Shown: positions 1-8,640 of the stretch, piece by piece
Position numbering within the stretch: the first letter of the stretch is position 1
Layout of the letters: each line of letters starts with the position of its first letter
Source: Clostridium sp. CAG:288
GTDB lineage: Bacteria; Bacillota_I; Bacilli_A; RFN20; CAG-288
Length of the DNA: 64,000 nucleotides
Assembly (NCBI GenBank): GCA_000437395.1
Contig: FR898192.1
Coordinates: forward strand, 54,029-118,028
Reading direction: 5' to 3'
Translations under genes and position numbers: made by a program
Notes under the pieces: generated by a model
Database searches by the model: none
The model's input: the letters and a program-made list of their open reading frames with translations, nothing else
Told to the model about the DNA's origin: nothing

Positions 1-1
1 T

Positions 2-175
2 ATGGAACCACCTATGACTCAAATAAGTGAAACTCATTACGCAAAAACATGGCTTTTAGACAAACGTGCACCTAAAGTTAAAAAGCCAGCTGTAATTAGA
101 AATCTTGAAGATAGAATGAAAAAGACTGCAGAAAGTTTCTTAGCTTCAAGCAATGGAGGTGAAAGTCATGAATGA
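2..175 (+). CDS. 3' end of an upstream ABC-transporter ATPase gene (OppD-like), truncated by the window edge
   Basis: Frame 2 is open from the window edge to TGA at 173-175 and overlaps the oppF start. Its position directly upstream of oppF fits the oppD-oppF order. The fragment is too short for motif support. Confidence 0.4.
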   Translation: MEPPMTQISETHYAKTWLLDKRAPKVKKPAVIRNLEDRMKKTAESFLASSNGGESHE

Positions 176-1109
176 CAATAAAAAAGAAGTTTTAGTATCA
201 ATGAAACATGTCAATATAGGCTTTAAAAGTGGTACTAAAGTTAGAGTAGTTATTGATGATTTAAACCTTGATGTTTATAAAGGTGAAATTTTAGGCTTAG
301 TCGGTGAATCTGGTTCAGGTAAAACCACTATAGGACGTTCAATTATTAGAATTGTTCCTACATTATCGGGAACTATCTTATATAAAGGAATTAAAATTAA
401 TGGTAAAATCCCTCATAAATTAGATAGAAACTTAAAAACAAAGATTCAAATGATCTATCAAGATCCTTCTGCATCTTTGAACGATAGAGCAAATATTGAC
501 TATATTGTTTCTGAAGGTATCAGAGCATATCATATGTATGATAATGAAACTGATAGATTGAAAAAAGTAAACGATATAATGATTAAGGTTGGATTAAGAC
601 CAGAACACTTAAAGAGATTCCCACATGAATTCTCAGGTGGTCAAAGACAAAGAATTGGTATTGCTCGTTCAGTTATTATGAATCCAGAATTGATTATTGC
701 TGATGAACCTATCTCTGCCTTAGACGTTTCTATTAGAGCTCAAATCTTAAATTTGATTCAAGAATTCCAAAAAGAAAGAAATATGACAGTTATATTTATC
801 GCTCACGACTTGTCAGTTGTTAAATATATTTCTGATCGTATTGCCGTTATTTACCAAGGACAAATAGTTGAAATTGCTGAAGCTGATGAATTGTTTGAGA
901 TTCCTTTACATCCATATACTCAAGCTTTGTTAACTGCAATTCCGATTCCAGATCCACACATTGAAAAAAATAAGACAATTAAGATCTACCATCCAGAAGG
1001 ACCTAGACCAGTTACTTCTCTTGAAGAAATTGGTGAAAATCACTTTGTTAGAGGTACTCCTGAAGAACTTGAAGAATACCGCAAAAAGTATAATTCTTTA
1101 AAAAAGTAG
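153..1109 (+). CDS. oppF: oligopeptide/dipeptide ABC transporter ATP-binding protein OppF
   Basis: Walker A GESGSGKTT, ABC signature FSGGQRQRIGIAR, Walker B LIIADEPISALD, and an oligopeptide-type C-terminal extension (HPYTQALL). ATG 168 (MNDNKK) is an alternative start. Confidence 0.9.
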   Translation: MEVKVMNDNKKEVLVSMKHVNIGFKSGTKVRVVIDDLNLDVYKGEILGLVGESGSGKTTIGRSIIRIVPTLSGTILYKGIKINGKIPHKLDRNLKTKIQMIYQDPSASLNDRANIDYIVSEGIRAYHMYDNETDRLKKVNDIMIKVGLRPEHLKRFPHEFSGGQRQRIGIARSVIMNPELIIADEPISALDVSIRAQILNLIQEFQKERNMTVIFIAHDLSVVKYISDRIAVIYQGQIVEIAEADELFEIPLHPYTQALLTAIPIPDPHIEKNKTIKIYHPEGPRPVTSLEEIGENHFVRGTPEELEEYRKKYNSLKK

Positions 1110-1119
1110 ATTTATTAAT

Positions 1120-1148
1120 GCCACGCTCTTAAAGGCGTGGCTTTATTT
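1120..1148 (+). terminator. intrinsic terminator after oppF
   Basis: Hairpin GCCACGC-N8-GCGTGGC followed by TTTATTT. Confidence 0.75.
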
Positions 1149-1341
1149 ATATATACATAAACAATTTAATAATATAAATAAAGTTGTCAGTAATTTTGTC
1201 GCATTTTATTAACTTATAAAATTAAATGTTAAAATATATGTTAAATTAAAGCTTTAATCGCCTTATTTTTCTTGTATGATTTTATTTAAATATGTTAATA
1301 TCTACATATATGTATATATTAACTATAGCGAGGTTAAGAAT

Positions 1342-4272
1342 ATGAAAAGAATATTTGGTGCAATTCTAATTCTTATAATTGTTGCTTTATTTATTTCTGT
1401 TCACGCTTATCAGCCACTTAATAATGTTCTTTCAAGTGGCATAGAAGTGATAAGAAAGTTTGTAGTCAACTCTTATGATAAGTTTGCAACCTTTTGCTAT
1501 GATGCTATAGGCAAACTTTCATCAAATCACTTTGGTTTGTCAATTGAAAATTGGGCTTTGGTAGGATATATAATTGTTCTTGTTTTATTCTTAATTGTTT
1601 ACTTTATATTATTTGGAATAATTGCTCATATTAGAAATAAAAGAATCATAAATAAAAAGAAAGCTGAAGGGGATTCAGATTACGAAGTTGACAAATTTCC
1701 AACTAAACGTCTCATATTTGCTTTTTTAATTATTGCTTCATCGGGATACTTATTCTTTGTTTTATCAAATCAACAAGTACATGATGCTTATATAGCTTTT
1801 ACTATTTCTGTTAGAAAATATTGTTTGATAACATATAACGCTATATCTAACACAGCTTATAAAATTGCTAATTACATTTTTAAAAACAACGCATCGAAAT
1901 TATCTCAAAGTATTTGGACGGTTATCTTTTCAAGCGTTGTAATGGTTTTGTTCTATGTCTTATATTTTGTCATCTTTGGCTTAATTGCTAAAGCACAAAA
2001 AAATAAGAAAAAGAAAACGGAAGAAAATTTCACTAAGACTAGAAGTAATATTCAAGAAATTAATAACGCTGAATTTATTTCTAAAGCTAAACAATTTAAT
2101 TGGCAAGATTATATTGGTGGTAGACCAATAAAGAGAGTCATTTTTGGAATAGTTTTGAGTATTATTCTTTTAGCTTTCTTAGCTTTGAGATTCTTTGATT
2201 ACTTTAATACAAGTGATTCTTATTCAATAGTATCTTTAGCTCCTGTATTTGATTTCTTCTCGCCGTTATTTTCAACTATGGATATTGTTGAAAATAGCAT
2301 TTTCGGTGGATTTAAAAATAATATAATTAGCAATAATTTAATAAATAATCAACCATTTAATTTAATGCAATTATTCGATTTTGTTTTTTGGATTGTTGTT
2401 TCAATAGTACTTGTAGTCATGCTAATTTTGATTTGTACTATCTTTGCACATATGTTTAGAAAGAAATATGCTATAAAGAGAGCTAAGAAAGCTGAATTAA
2501 AGTATTTAAATGAATTAAATTCTTTACCAAAAGAAGAAAGATTTTACGCTTCATCCAAATCAGGTGAACAGTTAGGTATTCCTACATCAAAAGTAGAAGG
2601 AGCTGACGTTGAAACTATTGCTAAAATATCAAATAAAAAACTTACTGGGGCAATGAGTGATGAAGTTAGTTCAGCTGATTATATAGACGATATTTCAGAA
2701 GGAGTTAGATATATCGGCATAGCTCAACCACAGGAAGATGATTCAATTACAATTCATGAAACACGTGAACCATTAGTTGAAGAACCGATGCCTGGTGAAG
2801 AAGATGTTTTAGATGTTGATAATAACACAGCAGATATTAGTGAATTAAATACAATTGATGATGATAGTGAAACTTCAACAGAACATATAGTTAACCTTTT
2901 CCAACCAGATATTTATGTTAATGTTGAAAACTGTGATATTAGCACTATTAGAACTGTTGAAGAACAAAATAATTCCGTTGATACAAACGATATATCAGAT
3001 GTTATTTTATTTGATAATGATGGATTTGCTTATTTTGAATCTGCAGGACCAAGATCTAGAAACTTTGAAGATAACAATAAAGAAATTGCAGATGAAATTC
3101 CTGAAACTTATGACTATGTAGAAGATAGAAACTTTGATAGTGGAAGATTAGTTGAAGACTTAGTTACTTCAAATGTTATTGTTGAACCATCATTTAGTAG
3201 AGTTGAAAACAATGACAAAAAAGAAAATGAAAAAGACGAAGTTCCAGAGTATTTACGTAAATTGGATTATAAAATCAAAGAAAATGATGATGATCTCAGA
3301 ATGATTGAATCTATAGAGCCTTCAAAAATTATTCCGGTCAACGATTGGCCAGATGAAGAATCATCTGAAATTGAAGATGCAGGATGTATTCATATTATTT
3401 TGGACAGCTTTGATGAATCTATTAAATACGAAAATAAAAACGTTGAAATCGCTCCTATTATTGAACAAGTATTAGACGAAAAAGTTGTAAATGAAAAGCA
3501 AGTTAAAGAGCCAGTAAAAGTAATTCCAAAAATGGCAGGTAATGTCAAACCTATGGCAGCACCAATACGACCAATAAGACCTATAAACAACGTTCCTAGA
3601 AACACAATTAAGCCTATTGCAATTAAACCAAAGGAAGAAAATACTCAAGAAGAAATAGCTTATGAAGATAAGCCTCAAATGTTTATTAATAAGCCTTTGC
3701 ATGAAATTAACGATAGGAGAAAGGATATTGCGCCAATAACTGTTGATACTAAGAAGAAATTTGATTTAAAAAAATTCTCATTTGGTACAAAGTATGATGG
3801 CAATTTAAGCTCTCAAGAGGCATTTGAAAAAGGAATATCTACTGTTGATGTAGTTGTTTCACCAGTCACAATTTCAAATGATGTGAATGATAAAACGCCT
3901 GAATGGATTAAAAAGAGACACGCTGAGAGCAATAAAGAAAACAGATATAGAAATATTAAAGAAATTGGAATTGACGAAAGCAAAGGCTTAAAAAAGCCAG
4001 TTGAAAAAGTTGAAAAGTTCACTTTAAGAAAATCTCATAAGAAATATGAAGAAAACGTTGAATCTTTAAAACTAGTTCAACCAAACACATCATTTAAAAA
4101 GCCTATTGAACCTATAAAGATTTCTAAAGTCGAACCTGAAAATAGAACTCAAGTAAATGAAGATATTAAAGCAACTGAGGTTAAGAAAGTTGCTTTGACT
4201 AAACACACTTCTAATACAAGTATTTCTAAACCAATCAAACCAATAATGCCTGTAAAGAAACCAAAGCATTAA
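1342..4272 (+). CDS. large membrane protein with triplicated TM module and long acidic/K-P-rich tail, function unknown
   Basis: ORF track gives 1276..4272. I moved the start to ATG 1342 (MKRIFGAILILII), which lies 8 nt after GAGG at 1330-1333. Three similar hydrophobic modules each end in a basic stretch (FGIIAHIRNKR, FGLIAKAQKNKKKK, CTIFAHMFRKKY). They are followed by ~600 aa of D/E-rich and KPIxP-type low-complexity sequence. Confidence 0.75.
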   Translation: MKRIFGAILILIIVALFISVHAYQPLNNVLSSGIEVIRKFVVNSYDKFATFCYDAIGKLSSNHFGLSIENWALVGYIIVLVLFLIVYFILFGIIAHIRNKRIINKKKAEGDSDYEVDKFPTKRLIFAFLIIASSGYLFFVLSNQQVHDAYIAFTISVRKYCLITYNAISNTAYKIANYIFKNNASKLSQSIWTVIFSSVVMVLFYVLYFVIFGLIAKAQKNKKKKTEENFTKTRSNIQEINNAEFISKAKQFNWQDYIGGRPIKRVIFGIVLSIILLAFLALRFFDYFNTSDSYSIVSLAPVFDFFSPLFSTMDIVENSIFGGFKNNIISNNLINNQPFNLMQLFDFVFWIVVSIVLVVMLILICTIFAHMFRKKYAIKRAKKAELKYLNELNSLPKEERFYASSKSGEQLGIPTSKVEGADVETIAKISNKKLTGAMSDEVSSADYIDDISEGVRYIGIAQPQEDDSITIHETREPLVEEPMPGEEDVLDVDNNTADISELNTIDDDSETSTEHIVNLFQPDIYVNVENCDISTIRTVEEQNNSVDTNDISDVILFDNDGFAYFESAGPRSRNFEDNNKEIADEIPETYDYVEDRNFDSGRLVEDLVTSNVIVEPSFSRVENNDKKENEKDEVPEYLRKLDYKIKENDDDLRMIESIEPSKIIPVNDWPDEESSEIEDAGCIHIILDSFDESIKYENKNVEIAPIIEQVLDEKVVNEKQVKEPVKVIPKMAGNVKPMAAPIRPIRPINNVPRNTIKPIAIKPKEENTQEEIAYEDKPQMFINKPLHEINDRRKDIAPITVDTKKKFDLKKFSFGTKYDGNLSSQEAFEKGISTVDVVVSPVTISNDVNDKTPEWIKKRHAESNKENRYRNIKEIGIDESKGLKKPVEKVEKFTLRKSHKKYEENVESLKLVQPNTSFKKPIEPIKISKVEPENRTQVNEDIKATEVKKVALTKHTSNTSISKPIKPIMPVKKPKH

Positions 4273-4331
4273 AAAAGAGCTGTAGAAAAATATATTTATT
4301 TATATTAATCTATAGCTTTTTTAATTTGTGC

Positions 4332-4458
4332 AAAATAAAAACTCCCACATTAGTGGGAGCTAGGTTAGAGGATGGTGCTCATGATGGGATTAGGACCCAT
4401 AATGTCAATAATGACGCTTCCGAAGAAGCTGCGTCTAAGTTCCGCCACTAGAGCACTT
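4332..4458 (-). ncRNA. candidate structured small RNA (tRNA-like features), family not recognised
   Basis: Minus-strand promoter TTGATT (4485-4490) N18 TAATAT (4461-4466). The transcript starts near AAGUGCUC. It has a closing helix GUGCUC/GAGCAC, a UUCG-capped hairpin (GCUUC-UUCG-GAAGC) and a T-arm-like hairpin AUGGG-UCCUAAU-CCCAU. The terminator is CUCCCAC-UAAU-GUGGGAG plus a U-run (4331-4359). No ORF is present. Confidence 0.45.
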
Positions 4459-4644
4459 ATATATTAGCAAATATCTATACAAAAAATCAACCATAAAAAC
4501 GACAAATTTATATAAATAATGTTCAAAAATACAAATATTAGCTATGGAAGTGGTTTCATAAAGGCGTAAATAACACCCTGTAGGTGTTAAAAATAAAAAA
4601 ATCCACCCATTTAACTTGGATGGATTTTTATAAAAATTAGATTT

Positions 4645-5355
4645 TTAATGACAGTAATATAGCACACACATTGCAATTGTTCCAATGACAGATATAATTG
4701 TTATAACAAAATCAATTGCATTTAATTCGTCAGCATTTTGTAAATATTTTATAGCTATAATTATTGAAGCAACTATTACTGCTATCGGTAATATGTAGAA
4801 CAGAATTGCTAGAATTACAACAAATAGTCCAACGAAAATAAATTTTAATACATAGAATACTAGAAGAAGAATTAAATCTGCTGCAACACCAACTAAGAGT
4901 GCAATTATATAAAACGGCCAAAGGACAAATGACAATAAGACAAAAATAAATGATTGCAATAACTTACCTATAAAGATACATATTGCGTTACAAATAAAGA
5001 ATGGTTTGAAAAATGTTTTCCCATCTATACATAAATTGCATACTGTTTTAAAGAAAGAGTTGCATGGAGCTGAAACGGTGTTGCTTAGAATTAGTAAGAT
5101 TCCTGATAGTAAAAGCATAGCACCACAGATTCCAAGAGTAAAAAGAAAAGAGCCACTTAATGAAATTGAAGGTAGGTGGAAAGAAAATGATGGTTTTGAT
5201 TTAGCATAATATTTCTTTTCAGCTTTTGCTGCTTTTTTTTCTTCTTTCCTTTTAGCTTTTCTAGAGCGATCGATTTCTTTGTCAATATCAGATCTATAAT
5301 AGAGATATTTTATTTTATTGATTAACCTTTTTATCCACGATTCTCTTTTAGGCAA
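4645..5355 (-). CDS. multi-pass membrane protein with basic N-terminal coil, function unknown
   Basis: 236 aa ORF with a K/R/E-rich N-terminus followed by about 5-6 hydrophobic, Cys-rich segments. Its start overlaps the stop of the upstream gene by 25 nt. A hairpin and U-run follow the stop at 4598-4630. Confidence 0.7.
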   Translation of the reverse strand: MPKRESWIKRLINKIKYLYYRSDIDKEIDRSRKAKRKEEKKAAKAEKKYYAKSKPSFSFHLPSISLSGSFLFTLGICGAMLLLSGILLILSNTVSAPCNSFFKTVCNLCIDGKTFFKPFFICNAICIFIGKLLQSFIFVLLSFVLWPFYIIALLVGVAADLILLLVFYVLKFIFVGLFVVILAILFYILPIAVIVASIIIAIKYLQNADELNAIDFVITIISVIGTIAMCVLYYCH

Positions 5356-6473
5356 AGTTTTTTGAGGTGTATTGGTATTGGTTGATTTTTTTCACCAAGA
5401 ACTATTGGCTTGAGAGACTCTGAATCTTTTTTTGTTAAAATTTCTTTAGCTTCTTCAGGCAATAATTCGCTTGAAAGATCAAAATCGGCCATACTTTCTT
5501 CTAATTTAACCCAATCGACTTGTTGAGAGTAATATCTAGAATCTTCTGCTGAGAAAGTAATATTTTCTTTCAACTCTTTTATCTCTTTTTTATAAAAGTT
5601 ACGATATTTATTTTCAGCTCTTTTTCTGCCTTTAATATAAGCTTCCAGTTTTGCGTTTTCACCTTGATTAGAGAAATTTATTCCTTTTTCGGTAACAATA
5701 GCTTCATATAATAATTTTTCGAATGTTTTAACTGTTAAATCACTTCCGCTTGTATTGAATAAAGTTTCTGTAGCTTGAGGACCACCTGATAGCTTTGCAG
5801 ATTCATCTTCAAGCCATTTTAATGCTGGATTATAGAAGTATTTATAAAATTCTTCAGGTAATTCTGTATAATATGAACGTATGCTTTCACGATAGAATAA
5901 GCGGCTTTCTCCACTATCATTAATATCATCAATTTCTTTATACATAGACTTCATTGAACTTGCAAATATCATACCTTTAACAGCCGTGGCTTTATGAGCG
6001 ACTTCTTTAATAAGATTTTTATCTGCAGTTCCATAAAAAGAATATAAATTTAATAATTCATTTAAATCTTTGAATAAATATAAAGCCCACTCAAGAAGTT
6101 CATCGCAAATGTCTGTTATTTCATTTTTGTTAATATAAAGTTTTTTTCCAGTCCTTCTAAATATTTTTGGATTATTAATAATGTTAGTGTAAATGTAAGA
6201 TATATTATCTAAAACATCACCACTGACAAACTTATCTCCATAAAACAATTCTCTGGTATTATTTTTATTGCAAAAATAATATTTTGTCAATCTTTCAAGG
6301 CCGTCACAAAATGAGCTTTGGCTTCGCTCAAAATCGTTTTGATCACCTTCGAAGTGATGATTGCTAACTGGTGCAAAAGAGCTTAAAAAACGATATGCAC
6401 CATCATAAATGTACAAATACGAAAGAATTAAATATTGTAATTCTTGTTTTTTCAATGGACCTTCAGAACTCAT
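5331..6473 (-). CDS. hypothetical soluble protein (about 380 aa), no recognisable motif
   Basis: ORF track gives 5331..6509. The start is probably ATG 6473 (MSSEGPLKK), which is preceded by AAAGGGGAAG. I recognised no catalytic or binding motif. Confidence 0.7.
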   Translation of the reverse strand: MSSEGPLKKQELQYLILSYLYIYDGAYRFLSSFAPVSNHHFEGDQNDFERSQSSFCDGLERLTKYYFCNKNNTRELFYGDKFVSGDVLDNISYIYTNIINNPKIFRRTGKKLYINKNEITDICDELLEWALYLFKDLNELLNLYSFYGTADKNLIKEVAHKATAVKGMIFASSMKSMYKEIDDINDSGESRLFYRESIRSYYTELPEEFYKYFYNPALKWLEDESAKLSGGPQATETLFNTSGSDLTVKTFEKLLYEAIVTEKGINFSNQGENAKLEAYIKGRKRAENKYRNFYKKEIKELKENITFSAEDSRYYSQQVDWVKLEESMADFDLSSELLPEEAKEILTKKDSESLKPIVLGEKNQPIPIHLKKLCLKENRG

Positions 6474-6877
6474 AACTTCCCCTTTTTGATATAGCTTTAA
6501 ATAGTGCAATGATAAAAAAACTATTTTATAATAAGTTTTTTTCTTGACCCTTTAAGAAATTGACCTTCATATTATATTTTTTAAATACAATACTTATTTC
6601 TTAATTTATATGAAATTACAAAGAAGTTTTGTAATATTCAATATATAAAAACTTATTAAATTCACGTTGATAAAATAATAAACATGGCCGAATGCAGCTA
6701 TTGTGTCATTAAATTTTTTTAATATTGCAAATATCAAGTAATTAAATTACCAACAATTAATAAAATTATGTATCTATTTTAATTTGATGTCTATTTTATA
6801 AAAATATTTTTTATTAATATTATTTTTGTTATTTTAAAATAACAATTATTTATTTGTCTTATAAGAGAATTAATTTT

Positions 6878-6960
6878 TATATTTATCCCTTCACTATATA
6901 TAACCGTAAGATTTCATGTGTTTTTGCTCACTTTTTTAATAAATTTTAATTTCTTTACAA
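6878..6960 (+). repeat. R element copy 1 (about 80 nt, non-coding repeat)
   Basis: Contains TTCACTATATATAACCGTAAGATTTCATGTGTTTTTGCTCACTTTTTT...TTTCTTTACAA. It matches 7151-7246 directly and 29737-29822 and 30114-30186 in reverse complement. Confidence 0.85.
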
Positions 6961-7000
6961 TTGACACAATTTTATAAAGGCTAAGTAAGAGAGAAAAGTA

Positions 7001-7040
7001 AAATAATAAAACCCATAAGTTAATTGGAAAACTTATGGGT
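7001..7040 (-). terminator. intrinsic terminator (minus strand) inside the non-coding island
   Basis: Hairpin ACCCATAAGT-N10-ACTTATGGGT. On the minus strand it is followed by TTTTATTATTTT. Confidence 0.6.
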
Positions 7041-7150
7041 CTTATTATCAAAAGGAGGTTTGAAGAGGAATAAATATTAACAAGTTCATAAGATGGAGGT
7101 TATATTTAGAAGATGGAACTTAATAATTAATATGAATAATCATATTTTTC

Positions 7151-7246
7151 TATATTTATCCCCTTTCACTATATATAACCGTAAGATTTCATATGTTTTT
7201 GCTCACTTTTTTGATAAATTTTAATTTCTTTACAAGTTGTTTATAA
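7151..7246 (+). repeat. R element copy 2
   Basis: Near-identical to copy 1 across TTCACTATATATAACCGTAAGATTTCAT(A/G)TGTTTTTGCTCACTTTTTT and TTTCTTTACAAGTTGTTTA. Confidence 0.85.
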
Positions 7247-7666
7247 TTTAGTGGCTAATTTATCCTCTCTATTTATTAACAAAGTTGATTTCAATTTTGT
7301 TCGAACTATATATAGAAATGTTTCGTTATAATATTTAGCAATACTGTGTAAAGAGATTCTTCTGATTGATTGTTCTCATAAATTTATCCATTATTAAAAT
7401 TTTTTATATAATTCAGCACAATTAACTAATGCTCTTGTTTTAACAAGAAATCTTCAAGAAATATACTTTCTATACCATCGATGCTTTCGACATCATATTT
7501 ATCTAATGTTACAATATATTTTGTATAGTTATCATCTATATTTTTCAAATTTTGAATTTGCTAATGTAAATATCGTAATGTTTTTTTCTTTGATTAAAGA
7601 TTCGAACCTTTTTTGTCGATCCTGGTTATTTTTGACGCTTACGATTCAACAGAGTCAATTTATGCA

Positions 7667-7698
7667 TAAAAAAAGTTTGACACATCTCTGTATCAAAC
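7667..7698 (-). terminator. intrinsic terminator of the five-tRNA operon
   Basis: Minus-strand RNA GUUUGAUACA-GAGA-UGUGUCAAAC followed by U7. Confidence 0.8.
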
Positions 7699-7712
7699 TA
7701 ATGTTTTTTTAA

Positions 7713-7801
7713 TGGTGCCCGGGGCGGGACTTGAACCCGCATGACCGATTAAAGTCGCAGGATTTTAAGTCCTGTGCGTCTACCGATTTCGCCACCCGGG
7801 C
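7713..7801 (-). tRNA. tRNA-Leu (anticodon UAA)
   Basis: Reverse complement is GCCCGGGTGGCGAAATCGGTAGACGCACAGGACTTAAAATCCTG...GGGTTCAAGTCCCGCCCCGGGCACCA. It has a long variable arm, anticodon loop CTTAAAA and an encoded CCA. Confidence 0.9.
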
Positions 7802-7810
7802 GAATAAAGA

Positions 7811-7886
7811 TGGTGTCCCGTATAAGATTCGAACTTATGACCCCTTGATTAAAAGTCAAGTGCTCTGCCAACTGAGCTAACGGGAC
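7811..7886 (-). tRNA. tRNA-Lys (anticodon UUU)
   Basis: Reverse complement is GTCCCGTTAGCTCAGTTGGCAGAGCACTTGACTTTTAATCAAGGGGTCATAAGTTCGAATCTTATACGGGACACCA. Anticodon loop is CTTTTAA. Confidence 0.9.
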
Positions 7887-7897
7887 AAATATATAGA

Positions 7898-7972
7898 TGG
7901 CTGGGGTACCTGGATTCGAACCAGGGCATATCAGAGTCAAAGTCTGATGCCTTACCGCTTGGCGATACCCCA
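7898..7972 (-). tRNA. tRNA-Gln (anticodon UUG)
   Basis: Reverse complement is TGGGGTATCGCCAAGCGGTAAGGCATCAGACTTTGACTCTGATATGCCCTGGTTCGAATCCAGGTACCCCAGCCA. Anticodon loop is CTTTGAC. Confidence 0.9.
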
Positions 7973-7979
7973 ATAAGAA

Positions 7980-8063
7980 TGGTGGAAGAAGATGGAGTCG
8001 AACCATCGAACCCGTAGGAACAGATTTACAGTCTGCCGCGTTTGGCCACTTCGCTATTCTTCC
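7980..8063 (-). tRNA. tRNA-Tyr (anticodon GUA)
   Basis: Reverse complement is GGAAGAATAGCGAAGTGGCCAAACGCGGCAGACTGTAAATCTGTTCCTACGGGTTCGATGGTTCGACTCCATCTTCTTCCACCA. It has a long variable arm. Confidence 0.9.
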
Positions 8064-8085
8064 ACAAAGCTTTTGCGCTAATAAA

Positions 8086-8161
8086 TGGTGGATGTTACAG
8101 GGATCGAACCTGTGACCTCCGCCGTGTAAAGGCGATGCTCTCCCGGCTGAGCTAAACATCC
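8086..8161 (-). tRNA. tRNA-Val (anticodon UAC)
   Basis: Reverse complement is GGATGTTTAGCTCAGCCGGGAGAGCATCGCCTTTACACGGCGGAGGTCACAGGTTCGATCCCTGTAACATCCACCA. Anticodon loop is TTTACAC. Confidence 0.9.
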
Positions 8162-8335
8162 GTTTTAGCGTCTTGTATAATATATCAATTATTGTCTGCT
8201 TAGTCAATAAATTTATCAAAAAAAATTATGTTATTAAGTAACTTTTTTACTAGTTTTGAGTAAATAGTAATTTAAAGCACATTAATATGCATAAAAAAAG
8301 AAACATTGAGCAGAAATTCAATGCTTCTTTGATAT

Positions 8336-8557
8336 TTAATGTTGCATTACATTGATTCTTGAAACGTTATGAGCTTGGTCTCCACGTGAAGTGTGGACAA
8401 GATCAAATTCGACTGAGTCTCCTTCATCTAATGATTTGTAACCTTTTTGGTTTATTTGAGAATAGTGTACGAAAATATCGTGATTAACTTCGCCATCAAT
8501 AATAATGAAGCCAAATCCTCTAATGCGATTAAACCATTTAACAGTACCTTGAATCAT
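8336..8557 (-). CDS. cold-shock protein (CspA family)
   Basis: 73 aa with RNP1 GFGFI and RNP2 IFVHY, and N-terminal GTVKWFN. Confidence 0.9.
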   Translation of the reverse strand: MIQGTVKWFNRIRGFGFIIIDGEVNHDIFVHYSQINQKGYKSLDEGDSVEFDLVHTSRGDQAHNVSRINVMQH

Positions 8558-8640
8558 ACTTAAACCTCCTCTTCTCTATGCTAATTATATAACTATAAAA
8601 TATTTTTTTAAATATAAATCGTTCGACAAAATTTGCACTC

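Noticed and set aside
4332-4458. Possibility that the orphan sRNA is SRP (4.5S) RNA, a tRNA, tRNA-Sec or tmRNA
   Set aside because: It has no GGAA-capped helix with the conserved AGCA / GUCAGG domain IV core. It has no 7-nt anticodon loop. Its apical loop is a UUCG tetraloop. It is far too short for tmRNA.
7093-7224. 43-aa plus-strand ORF (MEVIFRRWNLI...) that runs through R2, suggesting the R element might be coding
   Set aside because: The other copies differ by indels (for example TATCCCTTCAC versus TATCCCCTTTCAC) that shift the frame and introduce stops. No frame is conserved across the four copies.
7426-7560. 44-codon open frame on the minus strand (QIQNLKNIDDNYTKYIVTLDKYDVESIDGIESIFLEDFLLKQEH) as a possible gene remnant
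   Set aside because: It has no start codon or SD. An open frame of this length is expected by chance in such AT-rich DNA. Its composition is what any AT-rich frame yields. It cannot be supported without a homology search.
7749-8219. 156-aa minus-strand ORF in the supplied track
   Set aside because: It lies entirely over the five tRNA genes (7713-8161). It is a translation artefact of GC-richer tRNA sequence.
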